NCBI GenBank assembly: GCA_038087875.1
Contig: CM075996.1
Location: forward strand, 4,218,001-4,282,000
Source: Malacoraja senta
Lineage: Eukaryota
Reading direction: 5' to 3'
DNA: 64,000 nt
In this document: one piece after another, positions 49,476-62,026 of the stretch
How the letters are laid out: each line of letters opens with the position of its first letter
Numbering within the stretch: position 1 is the first letter of the stretch
Program-made: the position numbers and the translations under genes
The notes under the pieces: model-generated
Told to the model about the DNA's origin: nothing
What the model saw: the letters and a program-made list of their open reading frames with translations, nothing else
Databases searched by the model: none

Positions 49476-50160
49476 GGTGGTTAGCGAGTGTGGGGGGTAG
49501 TTAGAGTGATGCTGCAGGCCGCTCCCCCACAGCAACCGCGCGTTGAGGGGACGAGACCCAACGGGTCCCCCTTGATCTAGTAAGACATAATGAGCTCAGC
49601 GGAAATGGGGAGAAGTTTACTTTGGACATTGGTTCCCATTTGGGTTCCACATGCCAATGGAAATCTAAGGGGAACAAATTTTCCACAAGAGGAATAGGAA
49701 TCTGAGGGGTGACTTTTTCCACACAAAGGGTGTATGGAACAAGCTGCCAGAGGAGGTAGCTGAGGCAGGAACTATCCCAACATTTAAGAAACAGACAGGT
49801 ACATGGATAAGACAGGTTTGGAGGGATATGGACCAAACGCAGGCAGGTGGGACTAGTGCAGATGGGACATGTTGACCGGTGTAAACAAGTTGGGTCCAAG
49901 TGGCCTGTATCCACACTGTATCACTCTATGACTCTAAGAGGTCTGAAGGGTACGTCTTTCCATACAAAGATTAATTGGCATCTGAAATGAGCGGCCAGAG
50001 GATGTAGTGGAAGCTGTAATAATATTAAATGGGTACAAGAATGAAAGGGCGGAGAATGACATGGTACTAAAGTAGGCGGGTGGTATTGGCATAGACGAGA
50101 TGGGCATACATCTCTAACTCTCCACCAACTGAATGTTCTCATGTGAAATCGGCATCTGGA

Positions 50161-50318
50161 CTTCTTCTTCTGTCGTGTGTCTTTTAGACCTGGAGCTCCG
50201 TTGAGGCGAGCCAGGCCAACGTGTCATCGTCCAGGTCAATCAGAGCTGGTTCACCATTCGGCGGCCGGTGTTTGGGGCAACTGGTGACTATGTGCTCCAC
50301 TGTCTGTGTTGGGTCTGA
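50161..50318 (-). mobile_element. 3' fragment of a Vingi/Ingi-like LINE with (GAA)n tail
   Basis: Encodes DPTQTVEHIVTSCPKHRPPNGEPALIDLDDDTLAWLASTELQV* (end of a CCHC finger), then a short 3' UTR and GAAGAAGAAG. Flanking TGGACT repeat. Confidence 0.7.
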
Positions 50319-50936
50319 AGTGGACTAATTGGCATAGGTTGATAACTCCAGTTGGTCAGCAACATTATTGTCGTATAATGCAGCTTCCAAGAAAGTTACA
50401 GGCCAATTCAATGGGCCACAGTCTTCCAAAACCCACCAGCTACACGGATCCTTTAGACAAAGTGAAGGAATCCATGGAATGTCATACAATAAACTGCTTA
50501 ATACCCTCATTAATCCACACATTCATTGTGACTAAATACTGATAACGAGGATACTTCTCCGCTTAGTTTCATTTCTGGTTTTGATTTTTCTCTATAGTTT
50601 CACTTTTTTGTGCTCAAGACCACATGATCCAAGTTCCCTTTTCTGCATTAATTCATTTCTTCCACATGCCTGGTTCTTGTACAAAGGTGGAGAGGACAGC
50701 TTCCAGACCACCGTAATTAAGATGGTACTTCTGACTGTGCAACACTTCCTCTATAAAGCACTGAGGAAATTGTTCCAAATTTGTGAAGTGGCTGGATTGG
50801 AGCTCACAACCTGCTGAACTGGAAGAAAAAGGTGCCACGTACTGTGCCTGGTCTGACATATGGTCCTTGATGGAGCAAAGCAGGTTGTAGCGTAGACATG
50901 TAATATTGGCGCTCCATGAACGGCGCACTCACTCAC

Positions 50937-51104
50937 CACTGTGCTGGCGTTCACAACAGGCTCCACACCGCCGTTCACCTCTGTTTGTTCCTTCTTCCCT
51001 TCTTCCATTACAGTCATTGTGCTTGGTCCCTTCTTCTTCTTGAGCTTGGCGAGAATAGAGGATTCACGTTCGGGGAATGGCGGCATCTCTTCCAGGACGG
51101 TGGC
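50937..51104 (-). CDS. AP2A1: AP2A1 coding exon, 168 nt (trunk end / hinge start)
   Basis: [56 protein letters not shown]; ag/gtgagt borders. Confidence 0.93.
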
Positions 51105-51135
51105 CTAGAGTGCAGTAGGGAACAAAAGGGGCAGT

Positions 51136-51478
51136 GTGAGAGTGAGTGAGAGAGTGAGTGTGAAAGTGAGTGAGTGAGAGAGTGAGAGAGTGAGTGAGAG
51201 AGTGAGAGAGTGAGAGAGTGAGAGAGTGAGAGAGTGAGAGAGTGAGAGAGTGAGAGAGTGAGAGAGTGAGAGAGTGAGAGAGTGAGAGAGTGAGAGAGTG
51301 AGAGAGTGAGAGAGTGAGAGAGTGAGAGAGTGAGAGAGTGAGAGAGTGAGAGAGTGAGTGAGTGAGTGAGAGAGTGCATGAGCGAGTGAGCGAGTGAGAG
51401 TGAGTGAGCGAGAGAGTGAGCGAGTGAGTACGAGTGAACGAGTGAGTGAGTGCGAGGGAGTGAGTGCGAGTGAGAGAG
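51136..51478. repeat. (GAGAGAGT)n/(GAGT)n microsatellite just upstream of an AP2A1 acceptor
   Basis: Directly visible; ends ~30 nt from the AG at 51105-51106. Confidence 0.95.
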
Positions 51479-52215
51479 AAATAACATTGTGGAAAAATAA
51501 ACGCCTTAAATAGGAGGGGGGAGGGGGGAGGGGGGGTGGGGAAAGGGGGCAGAGAGAAGTCTGCTACTGAGGAAGGAGCTGATATGTCCCCATGTCATCC
51601 CCTGTAATTTAACTTCCCCTTTCGTGAAATCACGTCAAACAAAATGGCTGGAATATTACAATTAAAAACATTCTTGTCCACATCTTTCAATCTTTCCCCT
51701 TCCCACCTCCGTTTCTCAAGGTTGCACCAGCTCTGTAACTCGGATTTCTATACTCCAATATTTCTGATCTTCACACCACTGCTGGCTCTTCCTTCAGCTG
51801 CTCTCTAAAATTCTGTACCCGCCTTGTTTTTTTATAAAGGCATCCTTAAACCCAGCACTTTAAACTTAACTTTTGCATTATCTAGCCTGCCATCCAATCT
51901 CGTGAATCAATGTTAGTGGATAATGCTGAGATGTGCTCTAGCAAGCTTTTGTCATGTTATAAATGGGTGGTGCTGGTATTGTCTATTTTGCCAGAGAGAT
52001 CATCACAGGTGTCACTATAGAGCGTTTAGTTTACTGTCACGTGCACTGAGGTACAGCAAAAAGCTTTTGTTTGGAAGGAACAAATTTGGTCTTGGTTTTC
52101 TTACTACAGCCTCAGCAGAGAGCAGGTAACATAGCATAGATCAAGAGTTATACTTAGGGACTTAAAACATTGTAAACCACAACTGCACTTTACCAATTGA
52201 ACAATTTTTTGTTTA

Positions 52216-52626
52216 CATAGAAACATAGAAAATAGGTGCAGGAGTCCATTCGGCCCTTCGAGCCAGCACCGCCATTCATTGTGATCATGGCTGATCGTCC
52301 CCAATCAATAACCCGTGCTTGCCTTCTCCCCATATCCCTTGACTCCACTAGCCCCTAGAGCTCTATCTAACTCTCTCTTAAATCCATTCAGTGACTTGGT
52401 CTCCACTGCCCTCTGTGGCAGAGAATTCCATAAATTCACAACTCTCTGGGTGAAAACGTTTTTTCCCACCTCAGTCTTAAATGACTTCCCCTTTATTCTA
52501 AGTCTGTGGCCCCTGGTTCTGGACTCACCCAACATTGGGAACATTTTTCCTGCATCTAGCTTGTCCAGTCCTTTTATAATTTTATATGTTTCTATAAGAT
52601 TCCCCCTCATCCTTCTAAACTCCAGT
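52216..52626 (-). mobile_element. CR1-like LINE 3' end
   Basis: LEFRRMRGNLIETYKIIKGLDKLDAGKMFP..WNSLPQ; (TTTCTATG)n-type tail. Confidence 0.88.
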
Positions 52627-53796
52627 TTAGACATAGTGTGGAAACAGGCCCTTCGGCCCACTGAGTCAGTGCCGACCAGCGATCCCTGCACATTTACACT
52701 ATCCTACACACAGTCGGGACAATTTACTATTATACCAAGGCAAATAATCATGCATGTCTTTGGAAAGTGGGAGGAAACCAGAGAAAACCCGGCCACGGGG
52801 AGAATGTACAAACTCTGTACAGACAGCACCCGTGGTCGGGATCGAACCCGGGTCTCTGGCGCTGCAAGGCAGCAGCTCTACCGCCGTGCCACCGTGCCGC
52901 CCTTATTGAATAAATAATACCCAGACATGGACACATTCAATAAGAAATTGCAGTCACAGCTCAATTTTAGCCCATAGTATTAATTAAAATATAACACGAT
53001 TAACATCTTTTTTCCCCCGTAGGTGAGGAAATAAGCAGAGACCAAAGACTTAAAATACATAGGGTAGACAAAAGTGCTGGAGAAACTTAGCGGGTGCAGC
53101 AGCATCTATGGAGCGAAGGAAATAGGCAACTTTTCGGCCCGAAACATTGCCTATTTCCTTCGCTCCATAGATGCTGCTGCACCCGCTTTCTCCAGCACTT
53201 TTGTCTACCTTCGATTTTCCAGCATCTGCAGTTCCTTCTTAAACACTTAAAATACCTAGGTTGAAGGCAGCTGTATTTGAGAGCACATGCTCCAGCAGAG
53301 TATAGAATTTGAATCCTTCTGTGCTGTAACTTTTGCAGTGGTTTTATTTTAAAGCCCAATTGGGGAAGATACAGATCAACGTTTCCTCAGCATTGTAGCA
53401 TGAAGCAGTACAACATAATTTCTCTAGTTAATGACTTTCACAGGAATTGGAGAAGGCCACTAGACTTCAATCCAGATGTACCTTTCGATATCATGGCTGA
53501 TCTATGACCACGGCACCTATCCTATACAGCACAGCAAGGCTTTTATTTCTTAAGTCCAAGCTAACTAATCCCGCTAAGAACAGTCAATATTGCATTGGCA
53601 TCTGCAGCATACAAATTATTATGGAAAAATTACCTGCCACACTTAAAAATTATCACTTGTATAGCAATTCCCATCTGTAATTTCCAGTACTAGTGCCACA
53701 GATGCCAGCCTAGATTATTTGTTCATATCTCTGGGAAGGACACAGACAGGTGCAACTCTATTAGATAAACCCTGTATGCAGCAACAAGTCAAAACA

Positions 53797-54160
53797 TTGG
53801 AGGTGGTCTTGGAGGGGAAGAGGATGCTCCTCAAACTGCAGAGCATCTTGGACAATACAGCTCACCCCCTCCATGACGCACTGGTCAACCTGAGGAGCAC
53901 CTTCAGCTACAGACTGGTTCCACCAAGATGCAGCACAGAACGCCACAGGAGATCCTTCTTCCCTGTGGCTATCAAACTGTACAACTCCTCCCCCTTCTGT
54001 TGTGGGGTAGGCGGACTCCTGCACCCCCCCCCCCCCAAATCTTTGCACATGCCCAATCCTGGACTTTCCACTTTAAATTCATGTTTCATGTATCTTGTTG
54101 TTTTATGACTGTTGGCAGAGCAATTACCCTCCTGGGATAAATGAAGTTCTATCGTGTCAT
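53797..54160 (+). mobile_element. Rex1/Babar-like LINE 3' fragment (related remnants near 46405-46760, 47640-47930, 61445-61850, 63575-63860)
   Basis: LLKLQSILDNTAHPLHDAL..RLVPPRCSTERHRRSFFPVAIKLYNSS. Confidence 0.75.
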
Positions 54161-54196
54161 GTCACAGAACAACTCGGGCTCTGGTCTTTTACCTAC

Positions 54197-54428
54197 CAGA
54201 ACATCAGTGCTGGCAATTGAGCTGAGCTTGAGGTACTCCACAGCCCGCTGCTGCAGTTCCACATCAGAGTTGCGGAGCTGGCTGTCACTGCGCAGCACGT
54301 CCTGGATGGTGGCCTTGGTCTCGGGGAAAAGGTTGACGAACTTGATGTACGAGGAGAGCAGCAGAGCGCGGGTCGGGACACTGCACAAGTGGAACTTGGA
54401 ATGGAGCAGGTTGAACTGAACTAAGGGG
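54197..54428 (-). CDS. AP2A1: AP2A1 coding exon, 232 nt
   Basis: [77 protein letters not shown]; ag/gtaggt borders. Confidence 0.95.
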
Positions 54429-56250
54429 CTAAAAGTATAGGGAGAAAGGGGAGAGAAAATATCCACATATTACAAAAATAGCGCATACATAATGACATGA
54501 AAAATGACATTTGAGGACAGGACTAGCTGGTGCGCTGTTTTTGCTTCATACATTTATAACGCCTTGAGCATCTTCTCCTTTCCAAAGGCTTTACTCATTA
54601 GCATCCATCTCCCAAACTATCGAATACCATCTCTCAAAACCCCTCCATCATACAGGATTGAAGATAGGACAATAGGCAATAGGTGCAGGAGTAGGCCATT
54701 CGGCCCTTCGAGCCATCACCGCCATTCAATGTGATCATGGCTGATCATCCCCAATCAGTACCCCGTTCCTGCCTTCTCCCCATATCCCCTAACTCCGCTA
54801 TTTTTAAGAGCCCTATCCAGCTCTCTCTTGAAAGCATCCAGAGAACCTGCCTCCACCGCCCTCTGAAGCAGAGAATTCCACAGACCGACATTGGGTCAGT
54901 AATTTCTTTCAAGATATACTGGATGAGGGCAAAAATAAGATCAATTTCTCTCCAGGTATTGGGTATGGATGTTCCTGAGTGGTTGAGAAGGGTCAATATC
55001 CAGGAGCACCACAACCAAAGAGCATTGAGAGAACCATCAGGCCAGGCACCATCTATGTAGGGAAATGGACAGACTAGATTTTGCGCAGGGACCTTTCTTC
55101 AGACTGCCTCCAGCACTTGTTCCTTTGCTCAAGATTCCGGCAAATCTAGAATCCCGAGTTGCTAGGATCAAGGTTCTCATGTCTCCATGGAGGGGACCAC
55201 TGCTGGTCAAGGAGGAGAGAGCTTACCACCACTTTCAAGGAGCAACTTGTGAATAAGCAGGATAAGCTGCCGCAGATTTCCATAGACACAAATGATGCTT
55301 GGAGTCAGAATCGTACAGCACAGAAACGGGCACTCCGGCCCACCATGTCCATGCCAACCTTAATACCCATCCACCCATCTGCCCACATTGGGTCCTGAAA
55401 TTATTTAAAACTATTCTGGGCAAGGGCAAAGACAATAACAATTTCTCTCTAGGTATTGTGTGTGTCATCAATGCCTTTAGCTGGCCAATATTCCATTAGA
55501 AAGAAGGGAAACGTGCAAAGGAGATACTTAAGCACAATGTTTCTTATGCCTTCATCTTTACTGGCCATTGGAAAAATCCATTGTTGTGTCAATAGGCTTC
55601 TCGCGTAAAAACAATAACAATGATGTGGGGAAACAAACTATAGATGAGTCACCATCTTGCAAGAAATATTCCTGCATGTACTCTTCACAGTAAAAAGAAC
55701 GAGGTGCAAAATGGTTCATTGGCAAAGTGGAATGTTGAGTGTCAAATCTAGGTATGGGATGCTGATCACGACTCAAAACTTGAAGCAAAACGCTGCACAT
55801 TCTGCAAATCTGGAATAAAAAACTGTAAATACAGGAAGAGAGAGTGAGGGAGAGAGGGAGAGAGGGAGAGTATGTGCAGTACGGTAGGACCATGGGAGCA
55901 TTACAGGGGATAAAGTGATGGGGGAATGTACACATCTTTAGTGCATGGGACGGACACATTTTCATAAGTTCACAAGTTCATGAGTGATAGGAGCAGAATT
56001 AGGCCATTCGGCCCATCAAGTCTACTCCTCCATTTAATCATGGCTGATCTATCTCTCCCTCCTAACCCCATTCTCCTGCCTTCTCCCCAAAACCCCTGAC
56101 ACCCGTACTGAGTCACCAACTGAGACATGCCAGATCACCAGTAATGATCAAATATTCTGGCACAAATAGTGATTGGATCACAGACTCTTTGCAGGAAACA
56201 ATAAGCTTTTAACGGCACATTCAGAATGCACTTTACTGATGACTTTGTGT

Positions 56251-56304
56251 GGGGTGGGAGATTGCAACCTTCACGTGGTCCGCCCTGTTTCGACAAATGC
56301 AATC
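56251..56304 (+). ncRNA. Predicted minimal HDV-like self-cleaving ribozyme (54 nt)
   Basis: P1 GGGGUGG/CCGCCCU with G1-U wobble; P2 GAUUGCA/UGCAAUC; P3 ACC/GGU; L3 UUCACGU; P1.1 G; mini-P4 U-UUCG-A; J4/2 CAAA. Confidence 0.8.
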
Positions 56305-56390
56305 AACCTGGCGTGCACAGACAAATAGATCAAATAGATCAAGTTGTCCTACAACTTTAGGCTGTGCACGCCATACGCAAGAAGAAGAAG
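56251..56390 (+). mobile_element. ~140-bp non-autonomous retroposon with a 5' HDV-like ribozyme and (GAA)n tail
   Basis: TSD ATGACTTTGTG (56239-56249 / 56391-56401), tail ..ATACGCAAGAAGAAGAAG. A second copy at 60164-60297 shares the same 5' end. Confidence 0.85.
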
Positions 56391-56538
56391 ATGACTTTGT
56401 GCCACGTCGCGGTGCTACAAAGGAACAGGAAGACAAGTCCCTGGCTAACGGCATTAACAGCCAGGCTCTCACTACAATTCGGCACATTCTCATCGCAATA
56501 CTAGAGGCAGGCCACCTCTTCTACCTCCTTTAGCTCAC

Positions 56539-56636
56539 CTGGATCGTGGATCGCCGGCAATGAGATTCCCAAACTCTCCTAGGATATATCCACCTACTTT
56601 CACCATGTTCTCGTGACAGGCTGGGGCCTGGAGTGC
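56539..56636 (-). CDS. AP2A1: AP2A1 coding exon, 98 nt
   Basis: [32 protein letters not shown](S); ag/gtgagc borders. Confidence 0.95.
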
Positions 56637-56929
56637 CTTAAGGCAAAAGACAGAAATAGATTAATGCCAACAGATTTCCTAACAATCCTTCCTACTGGCA
56701 CGACGTTTGGGGTGGTGCAGTTAGCAGGGCTATTGCCTCAAATCTCCAGTCATCCCGACCTCCGCTGATATGTGGGTGGAGGTTGCGCATTCTCCCAGAG
56801 ATCTTGAGGGCTTCATCGGTGTGTTCACAGATTCCCACCCCAAACACTGTGCCAGGTTGGACAGTAAACTGGCAGTGGTAGAAACTGGGTGGAAGTTGAT
56901 GGGAATGCAGTGAGAATAAAAAAGGGTTA

Positions 56930-57583
56930 TAGACAATAGACAATAGGTGCAGGAGTAGGCCCTTCGGCCCTTCGAGCCAGCACCGCCATTCAATGTGATC
57001 ATGGCTGATCCCCAATCAGTACCCCGTTCCTGCCATCTCCCCATATCCCCTGACTCCGCTATTTTCAAGAGCCCTATCTAGCTCTCTCTTGAAAGCATCC
57101 AGAGAACCAGCCTCCACCGCCCTCTGAGGCAGAGAATTCCACAGACTCACCACTCCCTGTGAGAAAAAGTGTTTCCTTGTCTCCGTTCTAAATGGCTTAC
57201 TCCTTATTCTTAAGCTGTGGCCCCTGGTTCTGGACTCCCCCAACATCGGGAACATGTTTCCTGCCTCTAGCGTGTCCAAACCCTTAACAATCTTATATGT
57301 TTCAATGAGAGCTTTTCTCATCCTTCTAAACTCCAGAGTGTACAAGCCCAGCCGTTCCATTCTCTCAGCATATGACAGTGCCGCCATCCCGGGAATTAAC
57401 CTTGTAAACCTACGCTGCACTGCCTCAATAGCAAGAATGTCCTTCCTCAAATTAGGGGACCAAAACTGCACACAATACTCCAGGCGTGGTCTCACTAGGG
57501 CTCTGTACAACTGCAGAAGGACCTCTTTGCTCCTATACGCGACACCTCTTGTTATAAAGGCTAACATGCCATTCGCTTTCTTC
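56930..57583 (-). mobile_element. CR1/HER1-like LINE 3' fragment
   Basis: 183-aa [41 protein letters not shown].. Confidence 0.9.
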
Positions 57584-59837
57584 AGGGAGGATTAGCTTAA
57601 AAATAAGGCTTGATGTTTGATGCGGGGTGGGAGAGACCAAAGGGTGCGATTCTATGTGTAGCTCCGAACTGCGTGTCACGGGGAGAACATACACATTTCA
57701 TAGGCAGCACACGGGTCTCTGGGGCTGTAAGGCAGCAGCTCTACTGCTGTGCCACCGTCCCGCCCTGGGTTAACATACTATAAACTATTAGGTCAATATA
57801 CTTCAAAACAAGTCATTGTAATCTTTGGTGCACCAGTTTCAATACAACAAATATATTTAAGTCAAAAGAAGCAAAAAAAGATAATCAGAAAAAAACATTC
57901 ACCCAACATTCATTAATACAACACTTTGCAAGTCAATTTACAAAATTAGTGACAAATTCCAGCAGCTGGAGAGGTGGATTTCAAGGTGATTTGTAACAGT
58001 AGAGCATGATACAGTTTGTATTGAACATTCTCAAGTGTGGGATAACATGGCTAAAGATTTATAGCAACCCGAGAACAAATAGAATAGGTAACATGCAGCA
58101 AGGCAGAAATAGTTCAAAGAGTGAAGCGGGAGATGGAACATGGGAGAAGGTAGGAATAATAAGATCAACAGTGAAATATAGCGACACATGCGATTATTAC
58201 TACATTGTATGCACAAAAGGAATTTCATTGACCTAGGTACATGTGATAATACAATACAAAGGGTGACTAGCAAGGAAGAGGCCAACAAGCAACCTGAGAC
58301 TTTGTCAGAGAGAAGAGAGGATTGGTAAAGGATGGGAGGCCTGTGACAAAGGGTAATACAAGATTACAAGGTCACAAATAACGATGTCAGAGCCAAGAGG
58401 TTTCAAAGAGTGAAAGAAACACGGACAGGCAGTATTTTCAGATGCAGAGCAAGACTGTCTGCTAAATTTTAAACGTAAAAAAAAATGTTGCTAATATGAG
58501 ACCAAAAGTTTAGGAACAAAAATTTACCGGGCAATAAAAATGATCGATTGGAAAAAATAATGAAAGAGAATCAACATGGATGTGTTAATGGCCTGTTGAC
58601 TTGCTTTGAGGGAGTATGGTTCAGTGACGATATTGGATCTGACATGGTCTAGGTCAAGTGATCTGCTAAGATCCATGTGGTTCCCCCGTGACAGACGGGT
58701 GATCAGAAAACTCAAAGCCAATAGGATCCCAAAGAAAGGGACAGGTTGGTTGCAAAAACGGTTCATTGGTTGCAGGCCGAGATGACCATTCAACTGAAGT
58801 TTTAGTGACTGCAAGAATATGCATGGCTCAGTGGAGGCACCATATTGCTCAGGATGTATAATCATTGTTTTGGCATTAAACGTAGGGAACATGACTGCAG
58901 AAGATTGGTTTAAAAATAAAAGGCAGTGTGCCTCCTCATAATGAAGAAAGCTGGCAGGTGCAGGAAAATAACAATGGGCTGGTTAAGTAGGCTAAAATTT
59001 GCAAATGAAATTCAGTCCATAGAAGTATGAGGTCATACATTTTGGAAAGGGAAAACGAGGCTTAGTAATGCATTATAAATGATAGCATGGGAAGAAAATG
59101 TGAAATGGGGATCTTGGCATCCAGAAGACATCCTTGAAGGTACCAGGACAGAGAAATAAGATGATTAAGGTGGTATCCAAGCTAGTTTTCAATCAAAGGC
59201 ATAGAACATTTGGTCGGGCTGTTAAAGTACTGCTCGAATTGTTAAGTACATAACCAGGAACATGTATACAATAGGGAACGTGCAAAGATTTGTGGGCCAG
59301 ATAAATGTAGTCATGTGGAGAAATGACTAGGCTGGGTTTGTTTTCTTTAGTAATTTAATTAAGTATTAAATTATGAGGTGCCTTGACAGGAAGAACAGCT
59401 AGTTAAATTTCTCTTTGCAGGGCAGTCAATAGAGGATGGAGATGAATCAATAGATGAAAATTGATGAATCTTTTGCCGCACCAACGAGAAGCGGGGGGGG
59501 GGGGGTATTTGGAGTGTGGAGGCAGAAACCTCTCTCACATATCTGGATGAACATCCAAAGGGCTGAAACCTCCAGGCTACAGCCAATGAATTAGGAATCA
59601 GAATAATTCCAACTGGCTCGTGACCTCCACAAGCATAATGTGACAAGTGGCATCAGGCACTTTGAGGCCAGCTGTAGCTGGGACTGTAAAATGACACCAA
59701 AATGGCTCCTCTTGCATGTGGACAGTGGGCTGTTCTATATTTCACTGTACCTGGTACACGGGAGACAATAAAGCAACCATTGACCTTCGGTGTTGTTAAC
59801 GTCAATGATTCAGAGAGATCTTGAATCCCTCAATGAG

Positions 59838-60445
59838 TGGGTTAACGTATGATGGGCATTTGACGGCACCGGGCCTGTACTCGCTGGAGTTCAGAAGGAT
59901 GAGGGGGGGGGGGGGGGGGGGACCTCATTGAAATTTATCGAAGAATGAAAGGCTTGGATAGAGTGGATGTGGAGAGGATGTCTCCACTAGTGGGAGCGTC
60001 TAGGACTAGAGGTCACAGCCTCAGAATTAAAGGACGTTCCTTTAAGAAGACGATGAAGAGGAATTTCTTTCGTCAGAGGATGGTGAATCTGTGGAATTCT
60101 TTGCAACAGAGGTCTGTGGAGTCCAAGTCAATGGATATTTTTAAGACAGAGATAAATATTCTTCTCTTCTTCTTGCGTATGGTGTACACAGCCTAAAGGA
60201 CAACTTGTTCTATTTGATCTTATTTGATTGTGCACGCCAGGTTGACTGCATTAGTTGAAACAAGGCGGACCACGTGAAGGTAGCAATCTTCCACCCCGAT
60301 AGATTCTTGATTAGTATGGGTGTCAGGGGTTATGGGGAGGGGGGGAAGTCAGGAGAATGAGTTTCAGAGGGAGAGATATATCAGCCATGACTGAATGGCG
60401 GAGTAGACTTGATTGTCCGAATGGCCTCATTCTGCTCCTGTCTCA
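59838..60445 (+). mobile_element. CR1-like LINE 3' end hosting the ribozyme retroposon
   Basis: MKGLDRVDVERMSPLVGASRTRGHSLRIKGRSF..VNLWNSL. Confidence 0.85.
60164..60297 (-). mobile_element. Second, more diverged copy of the HDV-ribozyme short retroposon, inserted in a CR1 fragment
   Basis: Reverse strand reads GGGGUGG AA GAUUGCU ACC UUCACGU GGU CCGCCUU G UUUCAA CUAA UGCAGUC ... CCATACGCAAGAAGAAGAGAAG. Confidence 0.8.
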
Positions 60446-60472
60446 CTTATGAGCGTACGGTCGGATTCTTAC

Positions 60473-60655
60473 CTCAAACACAGTCTTTGCTGCATAACCT
60501 TGGACATCATCACGATTAATAACAATCTGAATAACTCGGTACCAGACCTCCTCGCTGACATAGTCCCCTGCAATGCGGATCAGGTTCAGGATTGTGTCCA
60601 CGTACCATGTGTAATCCACTGCATACTTCTCTGCTAGAATCGCCACCTTTAGCAC
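60473..60655 (-). CDS. AP2A1: AP2A1 coding exon, 183 nt
   Basis: [61 protein letters not shown]; ag/gt borders. Confidence 0.95.
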
Positions 60656-62026
60656 CTAAAACATTAACAACAACAAAAATGGGCAATCTCCCAAACACAC
60701 AGCAGAGGAGTATTGAGAGAATAGAGTCAGAGCACAGAAACAATCCCTTGCCTCAACTCATCCATGTCGACCAAGATGCCCCATCGAAGCAAGTCCCATT
60801 GTTCCATATCCCTCTATACCTTGCCTATCCATGCAGCTGTCCACATGTTCTTTAAATGCTGTTATATTACGTGCCTCCTCCTCTAGCAGCTTGTTCCTTA
60901 TACCCACCGCCCTCCAAGTGAAAAAGGAGGCCTCCACAGGTTTGGATTAAATCTTGTCCATCTCAACTGAAACATCTTAGAAAAGTGAAGCATAACCACG
61001 ACCTTCCTGGTCATTTTGGTTCCGTCCACTCTGGGACCAAGCGACTTAATAGTGGCTTGATCTGCTATTTAACGCAAAGTCTGCATCGTTCTCACACTAT
61101 TGACTTGCCAGTACCATCCTACCCCAATGGCAACACTTCAGCTTTGTCCAGCTGCTTTCTTCATGTCGCCTTCTCTTGTACATGCCAATGACGTCTTGGC
61201 ACAGAAGACGCCAAGACACAAACCAGCTTCCCTTCCATTAAGGTAGATAAAAGTGCTGGAGAAACTCAGCGGGTGCGGCAGCATCTATGGAGCGAAGGAA
61301 ATAGGCAACGTTTCGGGCCAAAACCCTTCTTTAAACCTTGCTCCATAGATGCTGCCGCATCCACTGAGTTTCTCCAGCACTTTTGTCTACCTTCGATTTT
61401 CCAGCATCTGCAGTTCCTTCTTGAACATTTTATCTTCCCTTCCATTAACTCCATCTACACGTCATGCTGCCTCGGCAAGGCCGCCAGTATAACCAAGGAC
61501 CAGTCTCACCCCAGTCACTCACTTGTCTCCCCTCAGGCACGATGTACAGATGTTTAAAACAGCATACCTCCAGATTCAGTAACAGTTTCTTCCCAGCTGT
61601 TATTAGGCAACCGAACAATCCTCTCATCAACTGGAGTGCGGTCCTGACCTCCCATCTACCTCATTGGAGACCTTTGAATTATCTTTAACCAGACTTGATC
61701 AGTCTGAAATGTTATATCTTGCACTAAATGTTGTACCCTTTATCCATTAGCGGTGCACTGTGGGCGGCTTGATTGTATTCATGTCTAGTCTTTTCTTTGA
61801 CTGGGTAGCACGCAGACAAAGGCTTTTCACTGTACCTCGGTACACAGGACAAAGTGGTCAGGTCTGCATAGAAACACCCCACCCCAGTAATATCCCCAAA
61901 TCAGCAACATGTGGAAGGCAGCTAGCCTTGGGACAAAAGGCCAAAAGAGGAAACAGCTTAGAATGTCAATAATTTGGCGAGGCAGGAAAAGGTAAGAGAG
62001 CGAGTAATCCTTCTTTGTAAGAGTTA

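Noticed and set aside
51014..51487. 157-aa His/Ser/Leu-rich ORF
   Set aside because: It is a translation of a microsatellite.
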